Positions 1-13,198 of a stretch of DNA of 64,000 nucleotides are shown piece by piece. Under the pieces are notes generated by a model. That model worked only from the letters and a program-made list of their open reading frames with translations. It had not been told where the DNA came from and made no database searches. The stretch is from the NCBI RefSeq assembly GCF_036321535.1, contig NC_087436.1:118236001-118300000 (forward strand), given 5' to 3'. A program made the translations under genes and the position numbers. How positions within the stretch are numbered: the first letter of the stretch is position 1; the number at the start of each line of letters is the position of its first letter. This DNA comes from Camelus dromedarius (taxonomy: Eukaryota).

Positions 1-467
1 AGGCTGAAAGGTCACAGTGGCGTTAGTTGGGAATGTGAAGGATTCTACCCTCTTCTTTTCCATACTTTGAAATCAGTGCTGTGCACCCTGGAGGATTTCT
101 TCCTCTTGGGAAGCTTCAGAGCTGGCTCTGGGCTTCGGGTTCAGGCTCTGAGTTTCTGCTGCCTCCTCGGGGCCTTGGCTTCTCCTTCTCTGAGCACCGC
201 ACCACCACAGCCAGCCAGGTGAGCAAGGTGAGTTTGACTGCAGAGTCAGGGGGCCAGCGAGAGGCTTCAGAAAGCAGTGGTGCTGTTAATGAGGTCTTCT
301 CACGGACCCCAGAGGAGGGGGTTGGTGTGAATGACTTGTAATTTGTTCACTCGTGGTTGTGCGCTGGGTCTAGCCGGTCTTCTTCTGACTTACACGGTTT
401 TGGAAGACTTGGGAGAGACAGGGACTAGAACTTCTAGGTAAAGATGGCAGATTAAGCATACGCGTGT

Positions 468-468
<1 letters not shown>

Positions 469-509
<41 letters not shown>
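469..509. repeat. (CA)n microsatellite, about 20 units
   Basis: Read directly from the sequence. Confidence 0.98.
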
Positions 510-511
<2 letters not shown>

Positions 512-1616
512 ACATTCCCTTCCTTCTAAAATCTCCATAAAATAACAGTAAGGAATGTTTGAAAAATGGTAAATTCACAAGGATGGGGAAAAGTAAAGAG
601 GAGGCTATAGCAAAACATGATGGGGGAGGGGAGATTAGAGAGAAGAGGCAGAGTAGTAAATGGCTTAGGACACCAGAAACTGGATTTTAAGTCATCACTA
701 GGGAGAACCAAGGGCTGGCATACACTGGAGGATCCCCCAAAGGCTCAGGAATTGACAGCCATCAACATTTGTGGAAGGAGGAAGAGGGGGTAAAAAAAGA
801 GGCTAAAATGAGGTGTATTGTTTGAAAACCTTTTAAGAAGTCTGGAGAACAGATCTGCTGGCCCATCCTGAGTGACTGGAGGGCTGTCCCTTCCTCCTCC
901 AAGCAGAAGACAGAATGTTTGTCCCCTGAAGAGAGCATCTGGACTGAAGGACAGCAAGCCTCTTGAGTTGGGATACGGGACTGAAAAGAGCAAGGCCGAC
1001 TAGACACATGTATACCAGGTGCTGAAGTAACACGCCCTCCCTACTCCAGCTGGGCTCCGGAAACGGCCTCTCCGGGCCTTCCTCCTCCAGTCTGGAGACT
1101 GGAATGATTTCTGTAGGGGTGTGGCTGAGCCGGGAGGAAAGAGATTGTGACATCTGAGGTTCCCCAAGACCCTTGGAGTGTAGTTCACACTCAGCAAGCC
1201 CTGCTCGTTTGCTGTAAGCTCCCAACTAGGGTAAGTACCCACCAAAGCTCGTCAGGCATCCAGAGAAACCTTCTAACATGGACAGCGAGAGCTGCACAGT
1301 CAAATGGAGAAAGAAAAAAAAAAGCTTGGAATAAACAGAGACTCTGCCAGGTTTGACAGAGTCAACCGTGATCAGCATTTTCAGAGGGATAAAGAGATTT
1401 TGGCAATTGTAAAATAAGAAATACTATGTTTACTTAAAATTCAGAGAACAAACATCAAATCAGAGGCCTTATAAATTAAAAAATATGAAAGGAAAAATGA
1501 ACAATTCAACAGATGTTATGGAAGATAAAGTTGAGGATATCCCTTATACAGGAGAATAAAAAGGCAAATAGAAAATAGAAGAAAAATTAGAGGACCAGTA
1601 CGGTGAATTCAACATC

Positions 1617-1722
1617 AGAGAGAGAAGGGGGAAGGAAGGAAAGGAAAGGGAAGGAGGAAGGAAGAAAGAAAAAGAAAGAAAGGAAAAAGGAGAGAAAGGA
1701 GTGAGAAAACACGGGAGAAGAA
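1617..1722. repeat. Polypurine (GAAG/GAAA)-rich low-complexity tract
   Basis: Almost entirely purines on the + strand. Confidence 0.9.
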
Positions 1723-2285
1723 AGCATCAGTGAAGTAAGGAAAATCTCCCAGGCCTGAAATACATGAACTTCCAAGGTGAAGGCTCTGCCCAGGATGCAG
1801 GGTAACGACTAGAAACAGGCACACATCCAAACCAAAACCAGACCAAGAGAACACTTCAGATCTGATAAGCTTCCACAGAAGAACAGCAGGACACAAAGGC
1901 TGAGGAATCAGAACAGTTCTGGATTATCATACGTTAGAAGGCAGCGGAGACAGGCTAATCCATCAAATGTGAGATGCATGCTTTCACAAGTTCAAGGTCT
2001 TAAACAAGGTACCTCTCATATACCTTTTCTTGAGTAGCTATTAGAAAGTGAGATGGCCTCCACTAAATGAAAGAGTAAATCAAGGAGGAAGAAGTGGAAT
2101 AGGAAAGCTGGAGCTCTGGCAGAGGAGCGAGAGAGGAAGAGGAAATCTCCAGGGTGATGGGAGGTTCAGGGTGTCAGTTGTGCCTAAGGTGGGACCATGA
2201 CCAGTTCTAACTGGAGTTGGATCAAAAGACTCTGGAAGAGACTTCTCCAGGAAGGGTGAGCTGATTGAATTCCTGAGGCATCAGG

Positions 2286-2747
2286 CTGCTTGTCACACGC
2301 CAGGCCAATAAATCAAGAGACAAGGTGTTGGGGCAAGGAATAGAGACTTATTTGGAAACCCAGCAGACCGAGAAGATGGTGGACTAGTGTCCCAAAGAAC
2401 CATCTTGCCTGAGTTAGCATTCAGACATCTTTTACACAAAAAGGGGAGCGAGTAAAGTCAGACATTTTCCTGGTTCCCATCAGCCTCCAGAGGGGATGTG
2501 TTCATTCCTCCCTTCCTGCAGTCAGTCACAGGTGGGCCTGGTCAGGGTGTTTTCCTGTGAGCTAAACAAAGGTATTTTAGCTTAATGCTTATTACCTGGG
2601 AGGCAGGGTTCCCAGAGATGGGCCATTATGCATAATGTAAGCTTATAGGCAACATCCCTTTAGTGATTACCTTGTAACAAAAGCAGTAGAAGACAAAGGT
2701 TTAAGTAAAAGAAACATATGGAGTCAGATTTGTCCTTCCCTATTACA
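2286..2747 (-). mobile_element. ERV1-type solo LTR, copy 1 of a pair; the left end lacks about 20 nt present in copy 2
   Basis: Minus strand starts TGTAATAGGGAAGGACAAATCTGACTCC; colinear with 15268-15802. Confidence 0.8.
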
Positions 2748-3044
2748 CCTTGAGAGATTTGTTTATTAGTTGGTAAGAATGTGAAGTTGAACTGATGAGA
2801 AGTTTGGGGGGGGGAGACTCAACAATAAATACAAGGTGATTTTTAACTCCAAGGAATAAAAGGGCTGGACAGGACGCTGTGTCTAGTAGTTTATTACATG
2901 CATCGTCTCTACATAGCAATACTTAATCACCTAAACCCTGAAAACTGACCTAAGCAAAAATGCAATAATACCCCCTTGGGGAAATGAGGGGATGGGCAGG
3001 TGAGTGTGTCTCGGGGGAGAGGGAGAAGGAAAGACTGGTACGTA

Positions 3045-3635
3045 TGTTGCCAGCGTTTAGGTTCGTGTCTCATGGAGAAAGAACTCAGAGATGAGACCTG
3101 GAGTAAAGTGAGGATGTATTAAGGGGCAGATAGTCCACCCTCAAGGGGAGAGCGGGCGGGCTCGGGTGAGCGGCTGCACTGAAGTTCTTGGGAGGTTGGT
3201 TACAGAGGGTGTAAAAAATGAAGGGGTGGAATATTCATCGGGGAGGAAGGGGGTTGGAGTCATATTCCCTGATTTTCATCCCTGCTCTACCTTCCTGAAG
3301 GGAGGAGGGATTTTTGTCCTTATTTAGTCTGGATCTGGAGTGTCATGGCATCAGTGCGTGATGGGTGCTTCTAATCTGCAAGGCTAATTTTATTGTGATG
3401 AGGGCATAAGGCGCAAAAGGTTACATTCAGACACTGGAGATTCCTGCCTTTTCCCACCTTTCTTTGCCTGCCTCTAGGACACTTGTCACCCCAAAATGTG
3501 TGATTTCTTACCAGTCCAGAGGTTCCTGCTTTTCTCTGTCTGCCCAAGAACACCAGTTGTTACATGATGTACGGTTTCCCGCCATTTGCCCCGTGCTCCC
3601 GTTCCTCTGCTCATATCCACCCTCTGCCTACTGCA
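3045..3635 (-). mobile_element. Probable ERV solo LTR
   Basis: TG...CA bounded block of about 590 nt with LTR-like organisation (GAGTAAAGTG...TATT, similar to the 56167 LTR). It interrupts the HAL1-like sequence. TSD not resolved. Confidence 0.6.
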
Positions 3636-4894
3636 GCACGCCCTCCTCTCCCATAGTGGGAAGCCAACAGACAGAGCCAGAAATTGAAACATGCAGGAGT
3701 CCTATACATCTATCATTTTAAGAAAAGGAGCTAAACACCAAAGTTGTAGCGTGAGAAAGATGAACGGGTGGAGAGGGAGAAATGGGGGAGAAAGTGACAG
3801 GGACTGTGGCTACACTGTCACAACGCGTTCAGGACGGCTTGATGCTCCGAGTTGTTTGCACGTATAGTTTTGACACAAATAAGGACAAACACAACAAAAT
3901 GAAAAAGAAAACTGAGGAGGAGGAGAAAGAGAGGAAGAAGTAGAACGTGGAGGTGGGGGGAGGAGGAAGTGTAACGTCCGGAGCGGGAACAGCAGTAGTG
4001 CCGACCGTGGAGCAGCAGCAGTAGGAGCAGCAGGAGGTGGGAGCGAGCTCAGCGTAACCCAGAGGCTGCTTCCCGACGGCCCACGTTGGTTCACACCGCC
4101 GCTGACTAGCTTCTGCCATCTGGGTCTGTGAGCTCTGTGCGCCATTTGTTAAGGAAGGTCACCCCATACCAGAGTAGCCTCTGGGGGCTGGCTGGGCTTC
4201 TCTGAAGGTGCTGGAAGGAGCGAGCTCTGTACCGATCCATGGCACGAGCGTCATTCATCAGTTACCATGGTCGCTCCTCCACTGGCGTGCAGTAGATGAC
4301 CTGCCCAAATCCCCCCAGACCCTGAGTCATGGGGACATTGATGAGATAAAGGCCAGGCAGAAAATGGAACTAAATGTCCCATAAAAGCATGATGATTGGA
4401 ACCATTTCATTATATTCAACAAAGGTTTTTAAGTTGCTCTATGTGGGGCCTTTGGCCCTTGGATTCTAGATCTGCTGTGGAGAACGAGAGCTATCCCACA
4501 ATACAGGGGAATTTTTAAAAATCCACTAAGTAAATGGAATTCCCTTACCATTTCAAACATTGCACACTTGGCAGAGGTTTGAGTTGGGCTTTCTTTCCCT
4601 CCCATATGGTTCAATAAATCTTTTTCATTGTGTCTATGGGTACAGACTTGAAATTATGTGTGTCTGTACACGTGGTGCATAGGGGTATATGACAGTGCTA
4701 TGCAATGTTTTGCCTTAATTCAACAGCTGAATTCAGAAGCCCCCCGCTGCATGTGTACACGACACTGTCAATGCCGTATTTTATACAGACAGATGAATGT
4801 TGCTTCTTTCAAAGTAGCCACGCTGGCAAGTGGCAGGATCATTTCACAAGTGCAAGCCTGAGTTGGCTTGCCGAGAATTTCTGTCTTCCATCTT

Positions 4895-5045
4895 GCTGGA
4901 CTTGGAAATGTTACTCAGCTTCACCTGCTTAACTTTTTGAGCCTCTGTTTCCTAATCTGTAAAATAAGCCTGATGACACCCCCTTTACTGGGCTACCATG
5001 CAGATTCCCTGAGAAAAAGTTCATAAAGGACTTACCTGTGCCCAG
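4895..5045 (+). mobile_element. MIR SINE fragment
   Basis: Core motif GAGCCTCTGTTTCCTAATCTGTAAAAT. Confidence 0.75.
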
Positions 5046-6067
5046 GGCCGTTGAAGTCCCTCATTCCGCTTTCTTTCATCTCGCGGAATTGACTTTGAAA
5101 CCAGGTGTTTATTTATACTCAGCGGTGACAAAATCTCCATCCTCTGAGGGTAGTGTTGTAGGTCTGTAGAGAATAAAAGCTACTCCAGAGTACAGCCAGG
5201 TGAGTTTGAAAGTGCCCGCGCAGGGAAATACCATAGTGGGTTCAAAATAAATCATTGTTGTAAAGCAATTAGAAGGGCTTACTTTTTAGAGCACTCGAGT
5301 TGGCCTTTCATTGTTTCAAAACACTCTGGGCCAGAAGTATGCCAGCCCCTGGGAAGAAAACGATGGATGGCACCCTTGCCTGCATGTGCACAGGTCCTCG
5401 GCTGGAAGCGGCAACCACTCTAGAGGCCAAATGACTGCAGTCCAGGGTGAGGACCTGAGCCGGGGCAGTGCACAGCGGCCGGCGGGGGCTCTGAGGAGGA
5501 CACCCAGCCCTGACTGAGGCAGGGGCAGGGCGGGGACACAGGAGGCTGGCGAGGCTTCCTATGGGATGTGCATCTGTGGTTTGCAGGACAAATAGCAGTC
5601 ATCCCAGAGAAGAGGAGCTCGGGCGGCACTGGGCAGAGGGGCTCCTGCGTGAGCGGCCTGGGTGGGCGGGGCCTGCGTGGGTCAGGGTGGCGGGGAGCAC
5701 GTCCTGAGACCCTTGCTCCTGTCGCTCATTGATCGGTGGAAGCTTGGGAGTGATGTGATCCAACTGGTAATCGAGAATGACCTTTCCTGAAGACACCTCC
5801 CCAGAGGGCCCTTCAGCCAGAGCGGGTCCCTGGACGGACTAGGACCCCAGAGGGGCTGGTCATACAAAATCAGATCAGAATAGCAACAGTGGTGGTGAAT
5901 CTGTGTTATTAAACTGACGTGTCTGTGCTACTTTAAACTGTATTTATATACATACATAGACACACGTGTTATGTGTGTGCACTTATATGCACGTGTGTGT
6001 GTATTTATACACACACACACACACAAGCAGTGTCTCATTTAATTCTCACATCAATAAAGTGGTCTAG

Positions 6068-6608
6068 TCATAGCAGCATTATTTACAATAGCCAAGACAT
6101 GGAAACAGCTTAAATGTCCATCAACAGATGACTGGTAAAGAAGATGTGGTATATTTATACAATGGAATACTACTCAGCCATAAAAACCGACAACATAATG
6201 CCATTTGCAGCAACATGGGTGCTCCTGGAGAATGTCATTCTAAGTGAAGTAAGCCAGAAAGAGAAAAATACCATATGAGATTGCTTATATGTGGAATCTA
6301 AAAACAAACAAACAAAGCATAAATACAGAACAGAAATAGACTCATAGACATAGAATACAGACTTGTGGTTGCCAAGGGGGTGGGGGTTGGGAAGAGATAG
6401 ACGGGATTTCAAAATTGTAGAATAGATAAACAAGATTATACTGTATAGCACAGGGAAATATATACAAGATCTTATGGTAGCACACAGAGAAAGGAATGTG
6501 ACAATGAATATATATATGTTCATGTATAATTGAAAAATCGTGCTCTACACTGGAATTTGACACAACATTGTAAAATGATTATAAATCAATAAAAAATGTT
6601 TAAAAAAA
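6068..6608 (+). mobile_element. 5'-truncated L1 (end of ORF2, 3'UTR and polyA), relatively young, inserted into a MIR fragment
   Basis: ATAGCAGCATTATTTACAATAGCCAAGACATGG...ATGGAATACTACTCAGCCATAAAA; AATAAA and polyA; TSD AAAGTGG(T/G)CTAG at 6056-6067 and 6609-6620. Confidence 0.92.
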
Positions 6609-8540
6609 AAAGTGGGCTAGGTGCTATAATTATCGCCGTTTTTTCAGAGCAATCAGGTGATCTGCGCACAGCGGGCTGGTCACGGAACCGGATTTCACAC
6701 CAAGACCAGGTCCCTGCCGGTGCGCACGCGCTGTCCTGGCTTTCTTATCATTCGAATGCGTAAGTGCATTGAACTGCTTATTAAGCGCTTGTCTGCCTGC
6801 GCACCTGAACAGAAAAATAAGCACAGATGGACCTCCTGGACTCCTCACAACCACCCCGAGGAAGGCTCTATCCCAGCAGAGGGCAGGAAGAAAGCAGGCT
6901 TCTGGCAGTAACGCCCGCCGCCCAAGTTCACACCTGACGTACTGCCCGGCCCAGAGTAACTGCTCCAGACCCCTCCTTGAGTCAGTGAAGAACGAATCAC
7001 TGAAGGAAGAAAGGAAAGACAGGCCTGACTTGAAATGACCTGAAAACACGAGTTCAGATTCCATCAGTCACTACCCGTGTCTTGCACTGCCTCCTGTAAC
7101 TTGTCTGCCAAATTTCCCTTGATGTCTGAGGAGTCAGCCTCTTGACGGTTTCTCGGGGGGCCCAAAGCAGCCTGCCACAGGCATGAAATTCCCTTGAAAT
7201 CTCATGTGGGATGTTAAAAATGTCTCAGAGCTTTGCATCCCCCTCCAGTACAGAGTCCTGACTGTTTTGGTACATGAGGTGTGCTTTGAGGAACCACATT
7301 TCATCAGGAAATAAAGGAACAATGAAGGCTTCTTGGCGTCTCCTTGGTCAGTGGCAGGCACGGCTGCATTACATCTGACAATTTAGGGAAAATGGGCTGA
7401 TTGGAAGAGAGCTCACGGCTCAGGTGAGGTTCAGGGCACCAGCCATCCTCTCCTTCGTCTTATTTTTAGATCCAATCCAATCACATAAATATGAGCCTCT
7501 AAACAGCAAGCTTGTTCACTGTTTTGAACAGAGCAGAGCTCTAAATGATAATTGGAGTGGGTTTGGGGCAACATTTTCAAGCGTCTCTTGGAAAAAATTT
7601 TCAGCAGTGAGGTTATTTCTACCAAACTGTGGTCTGAAAATGCCTGAAACCCCGCGGGCAGTGTCTTTTACTCCCGCGGGAAGATCTGGCAATGAAGTCT
7701 GGTTATTTATATAGCGCACGTTCTTTTGCTTCCAGCCCTGAATTTGCATCCCATGTAAATGAGCTCACAGTCTCAAAGGTTTGTGGTCCCAGTGATCCTT
7801 CACTGCCTTGGCCTCACAACCTTCCTTTCCAAGGCAGGAATCTCATCAGATAGACGAGAAACAGCTACAGCTTTGCCTTGGAGTTGTTAATTGAAAGTAT
7901 TCAGCCTGGAGAAAATGTCTGCTTAATGAGTTCGGTATTCGGGAAGCTCTATCGTTAAAGCTAATTATAAATTTTATTTGAGGGCGGTTTCTCTATAAAC
8001 TTTGTCAGAAATCGATTTTTTCCCCTTTCTATCTTTAGGAACAATAATAGTTTAATCCTGAAACACTAGCAGGCAATTTCTTTAAAGTAGCGTTTTCTAT
8101 GAGAAGATCAAGCTTCTCAAAGTCCCGTCTCATTTCACCACAAATTGCCTAAAAGATAAGTATACAAATGCTAAGTTTTATAAAATTGATCATTTTTAGC
8201 ACTTTATTGCATACACTGAGAAAATAAAGAAGTAATAATTTTTTTGCTATGAAGTATAGAGTTAAGTCCAGACCTTAATTTTTAGTAGATCGTATGTGTA
8301 CATGCTGTAAAGTTAAAAACGTTCGAAGGTGTGTAAGGGGAAAATTAGTGCTGATCCTCCCGTTATTTTGAGGAGATAAATTTTATACTTAAATATTGAA
8401 ATTTAATATTTATAAATTTAAATATTTTCACTTATTGAAAGCAGATGCTTCAAACTGCCCCTTTGAATTCACCCTTTGTGTTCCCTGTGGACAATTTAAT
8501 TCTAAAATGTTAACATATAAAAAGTAAATGATGCACATGC

Positions 8541-8544
<4 letters not shown>

Positions 8545-8582
<38 letters not shown>
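8545..8582. repeat. (AC)n microsatellite
   Basis: Read directly from the sequence. Confidence 0.98.
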
Positions 8583-8584
<2 letters not shown>

Positions 8585-8794
8585 CATTTGGGACCCTTTA
8601 AATCCTTGGGTGGGACCAGTGTGAGGAGCGGAGCACTCCCCAGGGCAGGGCTTGGAACTGAGCTTTGTGCATATTTATGTGCAGTAAGAATTTAAATGCA
8701 GAGCATCGTCCCCATATTTGGAATCTGTGATTGGAAGTTAACAGAAATCACCCTGTCTGTAAGATGCTGCGCCCGTGATGGAGACTGACCTTCG

Positions 8795-8960
8795 CTGAGC
8801 GCTCGGCATGTGCCAGGCTCTGTGTTAAGTGCTCGGCAGGTGTGATCTCCTCCAATCCCAACAGCAGCCAGCGGAGGCGGGGCCTGTTATCAGCCCCGCT
8901 TTACAGGTGAGACTTTGCCTGGGCGCGAACAGTAAGTGGACACCGCAAGTCACCAAGCTC
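8795..8960 (-). mobile_element. MIR fragment
   Basis: TGTGCCAGGC...TTATCAGCCCCGCTTTACAGGTGAG. Confidence 0.7.
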
Positions 8961-9021
8961 TCACTGTCTCCGTGCTGATAATAAGTGGCAGTCAAGTTCT
9001 CCACTCACATGTACACTTGGA

Positions 9022-9172
9022 GGCGAGGGGAGAGCCCAGTGGTAGAGTGTGTGCTCAGCGTGCACAAGGTCCTGGGTTCAATCCCCGGTACCTCCATTAA
9101 AAATAAATAAATAAACCTAATTACCTACCCCCCCACACCCCTGGACAAAAAAAGAAAAATAAAAACAAAATA
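9022..9172 (+). mobile_element. Camelid tRNA-derived SINE (Vic-1-like)
   Basis: Degenerate A box (AGCCCAGTGG), B box GGTTCAATCC, then GTACCTCCATTAAAAATAAATAAATAAACCTAATTACC and an A-rich tail; homologous to three other copies in the window. Confidence 0.88.
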
Positions 9173-10204
9173 AAGTGATAGGGAACATAAAGGAGTCATA
9201 AAAACTGGCTTCGGGATCATTCAGGCTTTTGGGAAATGTAGCTTCTAGGTTGGACGTTGCTCTGGGGAGAAGGGGAGAGTCCCCAAGACAGAGCATTCTA
9301 GAAGAATGTTCCCTGGGCATTGTGAATGTGTGTGCCGGCAGCAGTAGGAATTGTGAGAACCCTTTTGGAAAGATATTTGGCAATAAGAATCAAGTACTGT
9401 TAAAACATTCAGACACTCTGACCCACTGGTTTCACTTCTTGGAATGCACTAGAAGGCTCCAGTCCGGCCGGCATAAAAAATTCTACGCATGAAGACACAT
9501 TATTACAGCATCGCTTATGGTAACCGATAGTTTTGAAAAAAGCTAAAGGAAGGAAATCGGCTCAGCCAGTTGTATACCTGTTTTGAAGAGACTTGAGACT
9601 ATGATACACGCACATATATAGGTCTCACTATGAAACTCCTGTAGTATTAAAAGGGGTTATTTTTATGATCTTGTAAGAAAATTATAGCTTATAAAATTGC
9701 ATGACTATGTAAAGAAATGTCTGTTTATGAAAACAAAAAAGACTCAGTTTTCCAACGCACTGGGATTGGAGGGAGATTTTCCTTTCCTTTTTTTCTAGTT
9801 TGAAAGTTTCTTTAATGAGCATGTCATCCTTTTAATGAAGAAAATCAAAGCATAACTTTCTCTCTAAAGGGAAGGTGTTTGACTTTGTTTTTTGCTAATT
9901 TTGACTTTTTTATAATAGTGCTGTTTTCTTTATGGCTACATCCATAAGCATTTGTATATTCAGATGTGCAATTTAGTAATTTTCTATAGAAATTAGTGTG
10001 TTTTTAATACTGATTTAAATTAGCTGATGTTCCCCTTATATATGTTTTTCTAGATATTTGTTGAAAACTATATAGTTGGGTTGTGGGGGGCAAGTATCTT
10101 AGAAAAGCAAAAACATTTGATTAAAAATCAGGGCTATAAACATCACTTTAACATCGTCCTAAATTTTGGTGCTTTAGACTTACAATTGGTCTATAAAACA
10201 TGAG

Positions 10205-10400
10205 CTTGAGATTGGACTGCCTGGATTGGAAAATCCTAATGCCACCACTTAAGCCAAATGTGAGAGCTGAGCAAAGTTTGTCTTCTCAGTCCTCAGTTTT
10301 GTCATCTTTGAAATGGACTTATGTGAGAAGGGATGAAATGACCCGTGTAGCACTCAGAGCGTAATGCCTGCCTCACACATCCTAAGCCTTCAGTGAGAGC
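10205..10400 (+). mobile_element. MIR fragment
   Basis: CCTCAGTTTTGTCATCTTTGAAATGG core. Confidence 0.7.
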
Positions 10401-11842
10401 CCTAATGAAATAATGATAATTAATAAAGAAAGGCTAAAACTGATAAGACCTATTTTTGTATTGCAAATATCCTCCACACCCCTCTCTGTCAACGCTGCGC
10501 CCAGAATAAACTGCCAGTTCTTATCAGGTTAAAGAAGAAACACTTCAGCAACCCTTCTCCGCTCCCCTTGGGACCAGGGTCATAGCAATGAGAAAGGAAG
10601 TTTCAGATGGGGAAAAAAAATTGAAGACATGCAAAAGTGTCATTTAGGATGGAAATTCCAATTCAATTTCAGGAGTAACTTCGTTATTTCTAAGCACAAA
10701 GCTTGCTTTCCCTTCTGTTACGGGCAAGCATTTTGAGAATTTATGGCTTTGTGATGATAAAAAAAGTGAGACACAAGAGAATCCTATTTATTCCTTAAAG
10801 GGATTGTTCCATCTCCAGGGTATAAATTACTCCTGCAGTTGGGTGGAGAGTGTTTATGTTAGATAATAAATTTTAGAAATAAGGACTTGGGTCTCAACTT
10901 AACGTCAAAGAAACTAGAATGAAATCTGGGAGCCGAATTTGAAAGCAGAAAACACATCTCTGAAAGGATCCAATAAATTAGAGGCTGTTTTACAGAAGAT
11001 GTTCAAAAGGAAGACAATGAATGCAGTGTCAGGAAATCGGGTCGACATTTCCAGAAATGTCAGCCTGCAGTGAGAACACGAAGGTTTTTGAAGCCTTATT
11101 CCCAAGCTGTTCCCTCCAGCTCTGAATCCCTTCCCTGAGAAGAATCCTTTATTCCTTCATGAAGTCATTCAATACGCAATAACGGAGAAATTTCAACTCT
11201 TGGGCATTAAGGACAGACACATTAAGACAGTAAAACGACTCAAGACCTTATTCCTGGTGAGAGAAGCAATACCATATTTAGTGCTATATATATTTACAAA
11301 TCTATAAGCACAGTTGCAGAGATATATATAAGATGTAGTAAGATGTATACATCTTATTACAATGCAGTGCAGCCTCCCCTCCCCCTGCCTTTTAGCAAGT
11401 GAAGGAAATACAGGGCTAGAAAGAATATGAATCATGAGAGAGGGAGGGGGCACAAAGTACTCCGATAGTTCTGAGAAATGAGAGGTCAGACGCTTCATGC
11501 CTTGCCTGGGCTTACGGAGGAGCTGGGCTTTGAGTCCGAATGGCATTTTAACAGGCACGGGTGGTGGAGAACATTTTTCCAGCAGGGGGGGTTGACACCA
11601 GAACAGGGTCGGCTTGCATCAGGTCTTCTTGGGCAGGACTTTGAGCCCAAGGGTGTTAAACCTGGGCTTTCTCTTACGACAGTTGTGACAAGGATTGTTG
11701 AAATAATTCCTTGAAGTCAGTTGGGGGTTGAGATTAAGAAAGAAGAGAGGAAGGTGGTGTAGGTTTTGCATATTTCCAGGTTGGTGAGACCTACTGTGGC
11801 TCTCTGCATTAGCTTCCTTGGGCTGGATGTGATACCTCTGCA

Positions 11843-12570
11843 GTCATTCATTCATTCATTGTCCATTCGTCCCTCCATCTGTGCATCCGTGCACCCATCT
11901 ATCCATCCATCCATCCATCTATGCACACATGCATCCAACCACTCAGTAGTGACTTACCAGGTACCTACATCACTTCAGGCTAAGGATGCAGCAGTGAACA
12001 GCAGATCAAGCTTCTGCCTTCTTGGTGCATATATTCTAGTAGAGAGAGGAAGACAACAAACAGATGTGTACATAATATGTTAGGGGATGATAAGTGTCAG
12101 ATTCTGTGGCAACATAGGGAGGACCAGAGGCGGGGGTCTGGCTTGCTGCTGCTTTATGGAGAGTGGTCAGAGAAAGACCTCTCTGATTCAGGGGCTTGTG
12201 AGCAGAGCTGGAGGACATGAGGGCTGGGACGTGGCTATCTCAGGGCAACCCTTCCAGGTGCAGGTGCAGAGGCGCCGAGATGGGAGTGTGCTCGGCGTGT
12301 CTCAGGAAGAGGGAGGAGACCAGCGTGGCTGTTGCTGCGTGAGCATCTGGGAGGGGGCGGAGGTGAGGCCAGGGGAGAGATGAGACAGAGGGCAGTAGGG
12401 ATTCATCGTCTTCGGCTTCTACCCTGACAGAGTGGAAAGCTATTGCCCCATTTTCAGCAGAGGAGTTACATGATTTGATCTATGGCTTCAATAGAGGTGC
12501 ACACTGGCTGCTTCCCACAGGGTCATTCTGGCTGCTGTGCGGAAGATGGATTGTAGGCGGGAGGAGGAGG
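11843..12570 (-). mobile_element. L2 LINE 3' region containing a (CATC/CATT)n tract
   Basis: CATTCATTCATTCATT tail signature followed by a typical L2 body. Confidence 0.7.
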
Positions 12571-13198
12571 GAGGGGCTTCCTCTCTCTACAGATGAAGAG
12601 AAGCCAAGGCTTTTGCTGGAGATCAGAGAAACATTTCGATGGAAACTCGGATAACCTGCCCTAGTACCTCTTTTGGCCAAACCAACCTCAGTTCAGTTAC
12701 CTGGAAAGAGACTCAAAGATCACTTGTTGCCCATTTGACAAATTCCACTGCAAGGTGCCAGATCCAATGCTTTGTTCTGGAGTAACATGATTGGGGTGGA
12801 ACCATAGCAATCTTCAGAGCACTCCATGCCCAGTTGAGAGGAGATCAGGTATGCTTACAAATGACAGTAAAACAGAGCAGAGAGCCCCACATACTTTGAG
12901 GGAAAAATTCCCAAGTGAGGGGCAATGGCACTGTGAGCCCGCCCTAGGGAGGGGGTGCCAGGAGGCATTAGAGGACCCTTTGTGCATTAGGAGGGGTGTG
13001 TATTCTGCTGTGAGGGGCTAGCCTTTTCTAATCCTTGCAGCTGCTGTGCATGGGAAGGCGTAACTGATGCAGGGCCCAGCCTGATCATATGTGCAGGAAG
13101 CTCAGGTATGCTGGGTAGACATCACCTTGCTAGCCCCACAGCTGATGGAGAGGATGAAGCTGGAAAAGCTGAGCTAGAGTTGTTTATTGTGTGTGTGT

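Larger units (their letters stand above)
429..3910 (+). mobile_element. Old HAL1/L1ME-like element, apparently near full length, interrupted by two LTRs and simple repeats
   Basis: 5' motif ACTTCTAGGTAAAGATGGCAGATTAAGCA resembles old L1/HAL1 5' ends. A decayed A-rich ORF1-like region lies at about 1270-2100 (GAAGATAAAGTTGAGGA...ATTAGAGGACCAGT), with 3'UTR-like pieces at about 2750-3040 and 3640-3910 ending in an A-rich tail. Confidence 0.55.

Noticed and set aside
8890..8912. Recursive splice site candidate TTTACAG|GTGAGA in the long intron
   Set aside because: It lies in a common antisense MIR core motif with a short pyrimidine tract. I noticed no strong Y-tract AG|GTAAG site elsewhere, although the scan was by eye.
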